Shown here piece by piece: positions 54,485 to 64,000 of a stretch of 64,000 nt of DNA; positions within the stretch are counted from its first letter, which is position 1; every line of letters begins with the position of its first letter. The stretch covers positions 3,008,001 through 3,072,000 of the forward strand of contig CAVOFT010000001.1 of NCBI GenBank assembly GCA_963695095.1. Reading direction: 5' to 3'. A program made the position numbers and the translations under genes. Below the pieces are notes generated by a model. It did not search any database, was not told the origin of the DNA, and was given only the letters and a program-made list of their open reading frames with translations. This stretch comes from an uncultured bacterium (GTDB taxonomy: Bacteria > Krumholzibacteriota > Krumholzibacteriia > JACNKJ01).

Positions 54485-55918
54485 TCAGGGCAGCAGTTGA
54501 TCGGCCAGCGCGTTGATGTACTCCTCGATGGCCGTGTAGCCCGAGGGCATCAGCGTGGCGTGATCGCTGCCGTCCGTGGGATCAAGGCCGTGGCTTCGCT
54601 CCCAGGCGTCGGCCATGCCGTCGTCATCGCCGTCGGGCGGCGGCGTGCCGGGCGTCAGGCCCGCCATGAGGTCGGCGGGAATGCGCGCGCCCCACTCGCC
54701 GGTGCGCTGCTCGGTCTCCGCGACGGCCGTGAGGGTGACGATGTCGCGCGGCCAGGCGCCGGCCTGCTCGAGCACTGCCGCGTAGGCGGCCTGGGGCGTT
54801 TGCGTGGTGATCGGAATGTAGTCGGGATAGGCAGCCGCGAAGTCGTGCTCGCGCGTCGCGCGGTACTCCTCGCCCTTGCCCAGGCTGCCGTAGACGTCGA
54901 GGAAGAGCGCGTCGGCCCAGGGATCGGCGACGATGCCGAGATAGTCGCCGGGGTCGTCCACGAAGTTGTCGGCGATGGCGTAGGCCAGTCCCTCGCCCGG
55001 CGTGTCGTCGAGCGCGAAGGGCTTGGCGCTGCCGTCGGGCCCCTGCTTGTAGGTGTTGCCGACGATGTTGAACTGCCCGGAGGGCGGGTTGTGGTGCGTG
55101 AACCCGCGGTGGAAGTTGTAGACGACGTTGTTCTTCACCTCCACCGGTCCCCGCGCGCAGGCGGGATTGCGCGTGCTGTGATGGGCGAAGAGGTTGTGAT
55201 GCAGGCTCACGCGCGGCCGGTTCGACAGCAGCCCGTAGTTGTGCTGGCCTTCGGGATGCCCCTCGATCGCGGACATGGAGAGCGTCGACCACTGCACGGT
55301 GATGTCCGTCACGGTGAAGATGCCCATCGTCTCGTCCACGGCGAAGGCGGCCGAAACGTGGTCGAAGATCGCCAGGCCGCTTTCGACGAGCTGGATGCCG
55401 TCATAGGAGCCGCCGCCCTCGCCCGCGAAGGCAGGGCGGATGCGCAGGTGGCGGACGATGAGGTTGTTCGCCGCGTCGGCGCCGTAGAGCCGACCCCTGA
55501 TCGTGATGCCGGCGCCCGGCGCGGTCTGGCCGGCGATCGTCAGGTCGCCGTGCCGGATCCGGATCGGGTCCGCCTCGATCACGCCCGACACCGCGAACAC
55601 GACGATGCGCGGCTCGCCCTGGTCCAGCGCCTCCTGCAGGCTGCCGGGGCCGGAGGCAGCCAGGGTCGTCACCTTGATCACCCGGCCGCCGCGGCCGCCG
55701 GTGGCCTGGGCGCCGAAGCCCTCGGCGCCGGGAAAGGCCAGCACGGGCTGCGGGTCCTCGTCGCCCGGGTCGGAGGGGCCGACGGGATCGCGGGTGTCCC
55801 GGTCGCAGCCGGCGCCGAAGCCGAGCAGCGCAAGCAGGCCGAGGCGGACGAGCAGCGCGGCAAGACTGCCGGCAAGAGGGCCCGGCGATGGCGTGGCGGC
55901 GAGATGGCGTGGACGCAT
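54485..55918 (-). CDS. Pectate lyase (PL1)-like lipoprotein
   Basis: AFPGAEGFGA..TGGRGG, TIAGQTAPG, DHVS, HHNLFAH..RNP, DGDDDGMADAWE; lipobox GAGC. Confidence 0.88.
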   Translation of the reverse strand: MRPRHLAATPSPGPLAGSLAALLVRLGLLALLGFGAGCDRDTRDPVGPSDPGDEDPQPVLAFPGAEGFGAQATGGRGGRVIKVTTLAASGPGSLQEALDQGEPRIVVFAVSGVIEADPIRIRHGDLTIAGQTAPGAGITIRGRLYGADAANNLIVRHLRIRPAFAGEGGGSYDGIQLVESGLAIFDHVSAAFAVDETMGIFTVTDITVQWSTLSMSAIEGHPEGQHNYGLLSNRPRVSLHHNLFAHHSTRNPACARGPVEVKNNVVYNFHRGFTHHNPPSGQFNIVGNTYKQGPDGSAKPFALDDTPGEGLAYAIADNFVDDPGDYLGIVADPWADALFLDVYGSLGKGEEYRATREHDFAAAYPDYIPITTQTPQAAYAAVLEQAGAWPRDIVTLTAVAETEQRTGEWGARIPADLMAGLTPGTPPPDGDDDGMADAWERSHGLDPTDGSDHATLMPSGYTAIEEYINALADQLLP

Positions 55919-56061
55919 GGGGCACCTCGGGCTTGCGCGGACTTCCTCAGGCGATCGGGGGCATGCCGAGTGTGCAACGGGCGTGCCGGGGCGGCAAGCA
56001 TTGCCTGTCCTCCCCCGTCAAAGGCGTTGTCGGACGGCGGACTTTGCCGCAGTATCGGCGC

Positions 56062-57493
56062 ATGGAATTAGGCGCGCAAACCGCAATCCGCGAGCTGTAC
56101 CGGCGCCGCTTCGGCGCTGCCGTCGAGGGATCGACGCCCCTGCACGGCGACGCCTCCGGCCGGCGCCTCCTGCGCCTTCGCGGCGCGGCCGGCACGGCCA
56201 TCGGCGTTCATGGCCCGGATCCCCTCGAGAACCGGGCCTTCCTCTCCTTCTCGCGGAGCTTCCGCGCCGCCGGCCTGCCCGTGCCCGAGATCTACGGCGA
56301 GGACGAAGCAGCCGGCGTCTACCTGGAAGAGGACCTCGGCGACGCCACGCTCTTCGAGGTCCTCAGCGCCGGGCGCCAGGGCTCCGCGCCGGATGCCCAG
56401 GCGGTCGCCGTCTATCGCGAGGCGCTGCGTCTGTTGCCGCGCTTCCAGATCGAGGCGGGGCGCAGCATCGACTACGCCGTCTGCTACCCGCGGGCCAGCT
56501 TCGATCGCCAGTCGATGCACTGGGATCTCAACTACTTCAAGTACTACTTCCTGCGCCTGGCCGGCATCCCCTTCAGCGAACAGGCCCTGGAGGACGACTT
56601 CGCCCGCTTCGCCGAGCTGCTGCTCAGCGCGCCGCGCGAGCACTTCCTCTACCGCGACTTCCAGTCGCGCAACATCATGGTCCGCGACGGCAAGCCCTGG
56701 TTCATCGACTACCAGGGCGGCCGGCGCGGAGCGCTCCAGTACGACGTGGCCTCGATCCTCTACGACGCCAAGGCCGACCTGCCCTTCGACCTGCGCGACG
56801 CGCTGCTCGCGGAGTACCTGGCGGCCGCCGCTGCGCTGGCGCCGCTCGACCGCGGCGCCTTCCTCGCGCTCTACCCGCTCTTCGCCTACGTGCGCATCTT
56901 CCAGGCGCTGGGCGCCTACGGCCTGCGCGGCTACTACGAGCGCAAGACGCGCTTCCTGCAGAGCATCCCCTACGCGATCCGCAATCTCGAGCGGCTCTCG
57001 CTCGAGTCACCGCTGCCGGCCGAGCTGCCCGCCCTGGGCGAGGTCGTGCGCCGGCTCGTCGGCTCCTCGGCGCTGCGGCAGATCGGAGGCGCCTCGCTGG
57101 AGCTGACCGTGCGCGTGGCGAGCTTCGCCTACCGCGACGGCCTGCCCGAGGATCTCGCCGGCCACGGCGGCGGCTGGGTCTTCGACTGCCGCTTCCTGCC
57201 GAACCCCGGACGCGAGTCGCGCTTCGCCGCCCTCACCGGGCGCGACGCGGCCGTCGCCGCCTTCCTCGACGCCGAGCCGGCCGCGCAGACCTTCCTGGCC
57301 CGGGTCTGCGCGCTGGTCGACGACGCGGTGGACAACTACCGCGGCCGCAACTTCACGGACCTCAGCGTCGCCTTCGGCTGCACCGGCGGCCAGCACCGCT
57401 CGGTGTACTGCGCGGAGCGCCTGGCCGCGCATCTGCGAGGCGCGGGGCGTGGCGGTGGCGCTCAGCCATCGCGAGCTCGGGGAGACCTCGTGA
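56062..57493 (+). CDS. AmgK-like phosphotransferase fused to a RapZ C-terminal domain
   Basis: GDASGRR, EEDLGD, LYRDFQSRNIM, IDYQG; then GGGWVFDCRFLPNP and AFGCTGGQHRSV. Confidence 0.88.
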
Positions 57494-58227
57494 AGGCGAT
57501 GGTCTTCGCGGCCGGCCTCGGCACGCGGCTGCGGCCGCTCACCGATAGCGTTCCAAAGGCCTTGATCGAGGTCGGCGGGCGGCCGCTGCATCGAGATCGT
57601 CCTCGCGCGGCTCGATCGCGCGGGCGTCGACGCGGCGGTGGTCAACGTCCACCATCTGCCGGAGCAGATCGAGGCCTGGCTCGCGGGCGCGCGCCTCGGC
57701 CTGCCGGTCGCGCTCTCGCGCGAGACGGAGCTGCTCGACACGGGCGGCGGGCTCAAGCACGCGGCGCCCCTGCTCGCGGGCGGCGGAGCCCTTCTTCATC
57801 CACAACGTGGATGTGCTGAGCGCGATCGACCTCGGCGCGCTGATGGCGCAGCACCGTGCGAGCGGCGCCCTGGCGACGCTGGCCGTGCAGCCGCGCACGA
57901 GCGGCCGCGGCCTGCTCTTCGACGCCGAGGGGCGCCTGGTCGGCTGGGAGGAATCACCCGGCGGCCGGCGCAAATGGGCCGGACGCGCCGTGCCGGGCGC
58001 CGAGCGCCTCGCCTTCTGCGGCATCCACGCGGCGGGCCCCGCGCTCCTGGGTCGCCTGAGCGAGACGGGCGCCTTCCCCATCGTGGACGCCTACCTGCGC
58101 CTGGCCGGCGAGGGCGCGGACATTCGCGCCTTCCGCGCCGACGGCGTCTTCTGGGCCGATGTCGGCAACGCCGAGAAGCTCGGCGGCCGTGCGCAAGCTG
58201 GCCGCGGAGGGGCGACTGCCGGACTAG
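57490..58227 (+). CDS. Nucleotidyltransferase (MurU-like), frameshifted
   Basis: MVFAAGLGTRLRPLT..PKAL, NVHH, LLDTGGGL, WADVG. Confidence 0.88.
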
Positions 58228-58289
58228 CGCCCGCTCCGAACCCTTGTCAGCCAATCGCAGCCGTGATAGGGTTGCCGACAAGGCGCTGA

Positions 58290-59285
58290 TCAATCGAGGA
58301 CGCCCGCCGGCGGGCCTACCTAGCCGTCAACACCGAGCTCGTCGGGCTGTACTGACAGCTCGGCGAGACCATCAGTAGGAAGATCGCGGCGGCCCAATGG
58401 GGAGAGGGCGTCGTCGATGCGCTCGCGGCGGCGATCGGTCGCCAGTACCCCGGGCTGCGGGGCTTCACGCGGCGTAACCTGTTCCGGATGCGGCAGTTCT
58501 ACGAGGCTTATCGGGGCGACAAGAAAGTGTCAGCACTGCTGACACAATTGCCGTGGACCCATCATTTGCTGATCCTCGGCCGGACAACGCACCGGGAGGA
58601 GCGGCTTTTCTACCTTCTCGCCTCCATCAAGAACCATTGGTCGTCCCGGGAGCTCGAGCGACAGATCCGCAGCGGCGCCGCAGTCCGCAGTGAGCTGGGC
58701 CCCGAAACAGTCTCACCAGCGATGGCGCAATCGCACCCGGCGGCGGCCGAGGAGTTCAAGAACGCCTACAGCCTCGAATTCCTCGGCCTCCGGGATGGCC
58801 ACTCCGAGGCCGACCTGCACAGCGCGCTGCTGAAGAACCTCGGGCGTTTCATCACCGAGCTCGGCCGCGACTTCTGCTTCGTCGGCTCGGAGTACCCCAT
58901 CCAGGTGGGAAACCGGGACTTCGCCATCGACCTCGTCTTCTTTCACCGCGCCCTCGCCTGCCTCGTGGCCTGCGAACTCAAGACCCGCGAGTTCCAGCCC
59001 GAGGATCTCGGCAAGCTCGGCTTCCACCTGGAAGCGCTCGATCGGAACGTGAAGAAGTCGCACGAGCGGCCCTCGATCGGCATTCTGCTGTGTGCGAGCA
59101 AGGACAGCCAGGTCGTCGAATACGCCCTCGCTCGCAGCGCATCGCCAGCACTCGTGGCCGAGTACAAGGCAGTTCTGCCGCCCAAAGAGGTCCTGCGCAG
59201 CAAGCTGCAGGAGCTCTACGCCCAGCTGGCGCCAATGCAATCGCCAAAGAAGCGGGTGCCCCGCCTCAGGCGAAGCGGAAGATGA
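58290..59285 (+). pseudogene. YhcG/DUF1016 PD-(D/E)XK nuclease family gene with premature stop, start approximate
   Basis: VNTELVGLY*QLG (TGA 58353-58355), GFTRRNLFRMRQFY, WSSRELERQI, ELGRDFCFVG, IDLVFFH, PSIGILLC. Confidence 0.8.
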
Positions 59286-60630
59286 GCGGGAACACCACCA
59301 CCACGATGAGCGCCCAGAGAGCGAAGACGGGCAGGTAGCCTGTCTGCCAGCGCTCGAGCGCGCCGAAGGGCACCCGCCCGCGCAGGAAGCGCGCGTAGAG
59401 CCAGGCCGACCAGCCCAGGTTGACGAGCAGGATTAGATTCTCGCCCAGCGCCGCCGTGCGATTCGGCGTGAAGCCGAAGTCCGAGATCCGGGCCGCGATG
59501 GCCGCCAGGGCCACGAGGTCGACGACGAGCGCGCTCAGGACGAGGGTGAGCTGGAGGAGATCGAAGGGGCCGGGCGGCGCGTGCGGATCGCGCGCGGAAG
59601 CCGAGTAGAGCAGGAGGCCGAGCACGACCACGAGCAGCAGGTCGAAGCCGATCAGCACCTCGCGCTGGACGTCGATGCCGCGATTGGTCCAGATCATCGT
59701 CGCCAGGATACACCACGAGGAACAGCGTGAAGAGCGGCGTGAAGATCCGCGTGAGCACGGGCGCCATGTTCTCGATCACGCCCTGCTTCACCTCGACGAG
59801 CCAGGCGGCGACGAGCACGGCGCCCGTCGCGCCGCAGGGCACCAGCCACTGCGAGATGAAGCGCTTCCGCGTCGAGGCCGATGGCCTGGAACATCGCCGC
59901 CGTGAAGGCCGCCAGCACGCCGCCGCCGAGCGCGATGAGCACGTAGTAGATGAACAGCTCGCCCGAGAAGCGGATGAAGTGCATCCGCTCGTCATGGTCG
60001 CGCCAGCGCAGGCCGACGTAGGCCAGGCCCACCACCAGCCAGAGCGCGATGGGCAGGTGGATCGCCGCCAGGGCGAAGGTGTGGTCCGTCTCCTGAAATG
60101 GATAGAGGTTCACCACCAGGGCGGTCGCGGCGAAGGGAACGAGCAGGCGCAGGAAGCTCGCGGCGCCCAGGCCCCGCTTCCAGGCCAGATAGGCGGCCAG
60201 AAACGGCAGCACGAAGAAGGCCAGGTTGCGGATGTAGAAGACCGGCGCCTCGCTCGCGATGGAGACGCCGAAGAGCTCCGGGACCTTGATCGCCGCAGCG
60301 GCCGCCGCGGCCAGCGCCAGGACGACGGGCCGCTTCGCTGCGCAGCGGCTTCGCGCCGGAGCCGTCCCCACCGAGCACGAGCTGCCGCCACAGCCGATCC
60401 GAGTGCTCCCGGGCGAATTCGCGGGACAGGGCGTTCAGGCTGCCGATCCGCTTCACCGCGACCAGGAAGGCTTCGTCGCCGTCCAGGCCCGCGGCGCTGA
60501 GCGCCTCGATCTGATCGCGCAGATGGCCCTCGAGCTCCTCGACGTCGGGGCCCGCGATCGCCTTGCCTCGCGCCACGAAGGCCCGCCACTCGGCGATCTG
60601 GCCTTCGAGCCGCTCAGTGTCCATGGTCAT
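59266..60630 (-). CDS. Membrane protein with permease-prefix domain, frameshifted
   Basis: DVEELEGHLRDQ...DEAFLVAVKRIG, multiple TMs, GFTPNRTAALGEN; coupled to padR. Confidence 0.82.
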
Positions 60631-61004
60631 TCGCTCAGCATCCTTGGGGCGAGGGGTGGGAGCGCGATCCGCAGGGTCAGGAGCGACCAGACCTTGCGCA
60701 GCGCGTCGTCGACGGCCTGCCACTGCTGGCGCTCCCTGGCGAGCTGCGCTCTGCCCTGGGGGGTGATGCGGTAGACCTTGCGCTTCCGCCCGGTCTCCGA
60801 CTGCTGCCACTTCCCGGCGATGTAGCCCAGCCGTTCGAGCCGGTGCAGCACCGGGTAGAGCATGCCGTCGCTCCAGGCCAGCTGCCCGCCCGAGAGTTCG
60901 CTGACGCGCTTCAGGATGGCATAGCCGTAGCTGTCATGCTCGGCGAGGATCGCGAGCACGAGGGGAGTGGCCGAAGCGGCGACGAGGTCCTTGTTGATGT
61001 CCAT
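60627..61004 (-). CDS. PadR-family transcriptional regulator
   Basis: SYGYAI, GMLYPVLHRLE, GRKRKVYRIT. Confidence 0.92.
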   Translation of the reverse strand: MDINKDLVAASATPLVLAILAEHDSYGYAILKRVSELSGGQLAWSDGMLYPVLHRLERLGYIAGKWQQSETGRKRKVYRITPQGRAQLARERQQWQAVDDALRKVWSLLTLRIALPPLAPRMLSE

Positions 61005-61017
61005 ACCTTGCGGCATT

Positions 61018-61038
61018 ATACATAGCGCTGCTAGGTAT
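61018..61038. promoter_or_regulatory. Probable PadR operator
   Basis: ATACATAGC-GCT-GCTAGGTAT inverted repeat with one mismatch, 13 bp upstream of the padR start. Confidence 0.6.
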
Positions 61039-61208
61039 GTCCAGGGGAATTGTCGGAGTTCGGGAAGGGGAAGGCTGTCCGCACCAGCGCGCAAGCAAAG
61101 ACCTCCGCCGCCGGCTGGCGAAGGAGGCCTTCATCGCGTGATCGTAGCGCCGCCGAAGGCCAGCCTTCGCGACCGAACCGCGCGGCGATCGAATCCAAGG
61201 ATAATCGG

Positions 61209-61281
61209 CTCCCCGGGAAGGACTTGAACCTTCAACCCTGCGGTTAACAGCCGCATGCTCTGCCAATTGAGCTACCGAGGA
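61209..61281 (-). tRNA. tRNA-Asn (GTT)
   Basis: TCCTCGGTAGCTCAATTGGCAGAGCATGCGGCTGTTAACCGCAGGGTTGAAGGTTCAAGTCCTTCCCGGGGAG; CCA not encoded. Confidence 0.97.
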
Positions 61282-61459
61282 AAATCGCCACCCAGGATAG
61301 GGCCGGCGGCGGCGCCTGTCAAGACGGCCGCCCGGGTCGCATCCCCGACCGCTGCGCGCCGCGCCCGCCCGGAATCGCTCGGCAGTCGCCGGGATCTTCG
61401 CTATACTTGCAGCATGGATTCCGGGGGCGGGATGCTCGGGTCCCGAGGCGAAGGGGGCG

Positions 61460-63271
61460 ATGATGGGAAGCGAATCCTGGCTGCGGCGGATCACCTGGAC
61501 AGTTGCCTTGCTGCTCCTTTCCCTGCCGCTCCTTGGCAGCGACTGCGACGAAACCTCGACATCCGGCCCCGAGATCGTCGGCGATCCCGTGTCGATCGCG
61601 CCCTTCGATGTCCTGCGCCATGCGTCCAGCCTCTACGGCCTCTGGCACGGGGAGGCGTTCAGCTTGGCGGTGGGCAGCCAGGGCCGGGCGTTCATCCTCA
61701 CCGAGGGCCGCCGCTTCCGTCTGCCGACGGGCAGCACCTCCTGGCTGCGCGGCGCGCACTACTTCGGCGATCTGCACGGCGCCCTGCTCGTGGGCGAGAG
61801 CGTCGGCGCGGACCCCGCGCCCGTCATCCTGCACTACCGCTGGGGCGTGCGGAATCGTGTGCAGGCCGCCTGGACCGGCGATGCCCGCTGCATCCTCGGC
61901 TACGCCAATACCGTGGCGGAGGTGGGCATCGGCGACACGACCTGGGACTACGACGGCTTCGACTGGACACCGGGCCCGCTCAGCTACGGAGTGGATATCT
62001 ACGACCTCGGGCCCTTCGACCTCCGCGCCTGTGCGGACGGCATCTACAAGGCCGACTGCCCGAACGCCCCCTGCTACGTCCATGCGACGACGGTGCCCGT
62101 CACCGGAATGAGCGGTCTGGACGACGATCGCGTGATGGCCGTCGCTGGGGAGGAGATCCTGCGCACGGACGACGGCCTGCACTTCGCAACCGCGTTCAGC
62201 CCCGGCTTTCACCTCAACGACATCAGCTGGGCCGCCACGGACTGGGCCGTGGCCGTGGGCAACGAGGGGATCACCTGCGTCTACAACGGCGACAGCTGGC
62301 AGATCCTCCAGGCCGACACCGACGCGGATCTGAAGGCGGTCTGCGCCTGGCAGGAGAACGGCGCCCCGCGTGCGCTCGCCGTGGGCGGCCACGGCGCCGA
62401 GTATCGCTTTGAAAACGGCGGCTGGACCGGCGAGCAGTACGCTGCCGAGAGCTGGAGCGACGTGATGGGCGATCCGCAGTCCACGCTGTTCGGCATCCTC
62501 GGCGGCCGGCTGATGCGCTACGACGGGGACTGGCACGCCGAGCCGGCCACGGGCGCGATCGAGCTGACGCAGCTCTGCTGCCTTGCGGCGGACTCCGTCT
62601 GGGCCATCGGCAGGCAGGGCATGGACAGCTTCCTCGCGCGCTTCAACGGCGCGGCCTGGCAGACACAGTGGCTCGCCTCGATGGAAACGGCTCGCGATCT
62701 CTGGGTGGCGGATGTCGGCAACATCTTCGTCGCCTGTGACTACGGCACCGTCTTCAGCAGCGCGGGCCACTGGGTGCCGGAAATCGCCGTCCAGCCCCCG
62801 CAGCACCTGCGCGGGATCTGGGGCGCCTCGGCCCAGTCGGTCTACGTGGTTGGAGAGAACGGGACCATCGCCCACTACGACGGCCTCGACTGGTCGCCCA
62901 TGGCCAGCGGGACCGGCGTCCATCTGAACGCGATCTGCGGCAGCGGCGACGAGCACATCGTCGCCGTGGGCGACGACGCCACGGTCCTGCGCTTCGACGG
63001 CGAGGACTGGTTGCCGATGGCCGTGAGCGCCACGGGCGATCTCACCCTGGTCTGGACGGACGGACCCGACAACATCTGGCTCGGCTCGGCCGCGGACGAG
63101 CTGCATCACTACAATGGCGCAGTCTGGCAGCACCTGACGACGGGCTTCCCCGAGAACGCGAGCATGGGGCTCTGGGGACGAGACGAGGACCTGTGGATCG
63201 TGGGCCAGGGGGATCTCGTGCTCGAGTACCTTTCGCCTGAGGAGTTGCCGAGCGCGCTCGACAGGTTCTAG
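61460..63271 (+). CDS. Lipoprotein with beta-propeller-like repeats
   Basis: Signal with Cys (LGSDC); repeated L..IWG......VG..G.I..YDG..W units. Confidence 0.8.
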   Translation: MMGSESWLRRITWTVALLLLSLPLLGSDCDETSTSGPEIVGDPVSIAPFDVLRHASSLYGLWHGEAFSLAVGSQGRAFILTEGRRFRLPTGSTSWLRGAHYFGDLHGALLVGESVGADPAPVILHYRWGVRNRVQAAWTGDARCILGYANTVAEVGIGDTTWDYDGFDWTPGPLSYGVDIYDLGPFDLRACADGIYKADCPNAPCYVHATTVPVTGMSGLDDDRVMAVAGEEILRTDDGLHFATAFSPGFHLNDISWAATDWAVAVGNEGITCVYNGDSWQILQADTDADLKAVCAWQENGAPRALAVGGHGAEYRFENGGWTGEQYAAESWSDVMGDPQSTLFGILGGRLMRYDGDWHAEPATGAIELTQLCCLAADSVWAIGRQGMDSFLARFNGAAWQTQWLASMETARDLWVADVGNIFVACDYGTVFSSAGHWVPEIAVQPPQHLRGIWGASAQSVYVVGENGTIAHYDGLDWSPMASGTGVHLNAICGSGDEHIVAVGDDATVLRFDGEDWLPMAVSATGDLTLVWTDGPDNIWLGSAADELHHYNGAVWQHLTTGFPENASMGLWGRDEDLWIVGQGDLVLEYLSPEELPSALDRF

Positions 63272-63381
63272 CTCGAGGCTCTTGCCAGCCGGCCGAATCC
63301 GAGTACACTGCCTCCGTTGCGCTCGCCTGGCCGACCGCGCCTCCCGCGCGCGGCGCCATCACACGAGGGAAAGGAACACCG

Positions 63382-64000
63382 ATGGCCACAGCCCGCTCCG
63401 CCAAGACAAGCAAGACCGCCGCCAAGCAGCCGCTCTGGGACCTTCGCGAACTCTACGCCAGCCGCAAGGACCCGAAGCTCGAGCGGGACTTCAGAAGCTT
63501 GGAGCGCGCCTGCGCCGCCTTCGCCAAGGCGTACCGCGGCAAGGTGGCCCGTCTCGCCGCGCCCTCGCTGGCCCGCGCCCTCGGCGAGCTGGAGAAGATC
63601 GAGAACATCTCCTACCGGCTCTTCATCTACGCCCAGCTCGAGTTCTCGACCAAGAGCAACGACCCGAGCTGGGGCGCCTTCCTGCAGTCCGTGCAGGAGC
63701 GCCACACCAAGGCTGCCGCGCAGCTCGAGTTCTTCCGCGTCGAGTGGGTGGGCGTCGCCGAGACCAAGGCCCGCGGGCTCATCCGCGACCTCCGCCTGGC
63801 GCGCTACCGCCACTTCCTCGAGCATGCCCGCGCCTACAAGAAGCACACGCTCAGCGAGCCCGAGGAAGTGCTGGCCGCCAAGCTGAGCCAGGTGAGCACC
63901 GGCGCCTGGGTGCGCTACTACGGCAGCGTGCTGGCCGACATCAAGTACCAGCTCAAGGGCAAGACCCTCACCGAGTCCGAGCTGGCCGCCAAGTTCCGCG
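63382..64000 (+). CDS. pepF: Oligoendopeptidase F (M3B), 3'-partial, frameshifted
   Basis: Early WDL..LY motif, LEFFRVEW, YRHFLEHARAYKKHTLSEPEE, AWVRYY. Confidence 0.8.
   Translation, partial: MATARSAKTSKTAAKQPLWDLRELYASRKDPKLERDFRSLERACAAFAKAYRGKVARLAAPSLARALGELEKIENISYRLFIYAQLEFSTKSNDPSWGAFLQSVQERHTKAAAQLEFFRVEWVGVAETKARGLIRDLRLARYRHFLEHARAYKKHTLSEPEEVLAAKLSQVSTGAWVRYYGSVLADIKYQLKGKTLTESELAAKFR

Noticed and set aside
58353..58355. TGA recoding (Trp or Sec)
   Set aside because: Single instance; TGA is used as a normal stop throughout the window.

Overview
High-GC bacterial chromosomal window. The gene content suggests an FCB-group lineage such as Krumholzibacteriota/Latescibacterota (inference from a fused ccoNO, several secreted proteins with FlgD-Ig/T9SS-like C-termini, a PorV-like barrel and an SWGxIKxLY tail). 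Many conserved genes are broken by single-base indels, most likely long-read consensus errors. Contents: cbb3 oxidase operon (ccoNO-Q-P-G); a DUF222-like/HNH endonuclease gene; two sensor kinases; a suf Fe-S operon; a minus-strand operon (giant DUF11 surface protein, PorV-TPR, HAMP-SpoIIE-anti-sigma kinase, STAS, and a degenerate paralog of the sensor); tpx; a heptaheme cytochrome c; secreted proteases; a Ser/Thr kinase; rsgA; a pectate-lyase-like protein; an AmgK-RapZ fusion plus MurU-like gene; a YhcG pseudogene; PadR; tRNA-Asn; and partial pepF. The most unusual signal is a perfect 14-bp palindrome, TGTACACGTGTACA, inside the HNH gene. It recurs, perfectly conserved, in two intergenic decayed fragments of the same gene family (about 14.0 kb and 54.4 kb), which suggests a dispersed HNH-linked element or DNA site system. 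The second most notable is the envelope-sensing partner-switch operon with an apparent pseudokinase decoy, together with shared sigma28-like promoter motifs.
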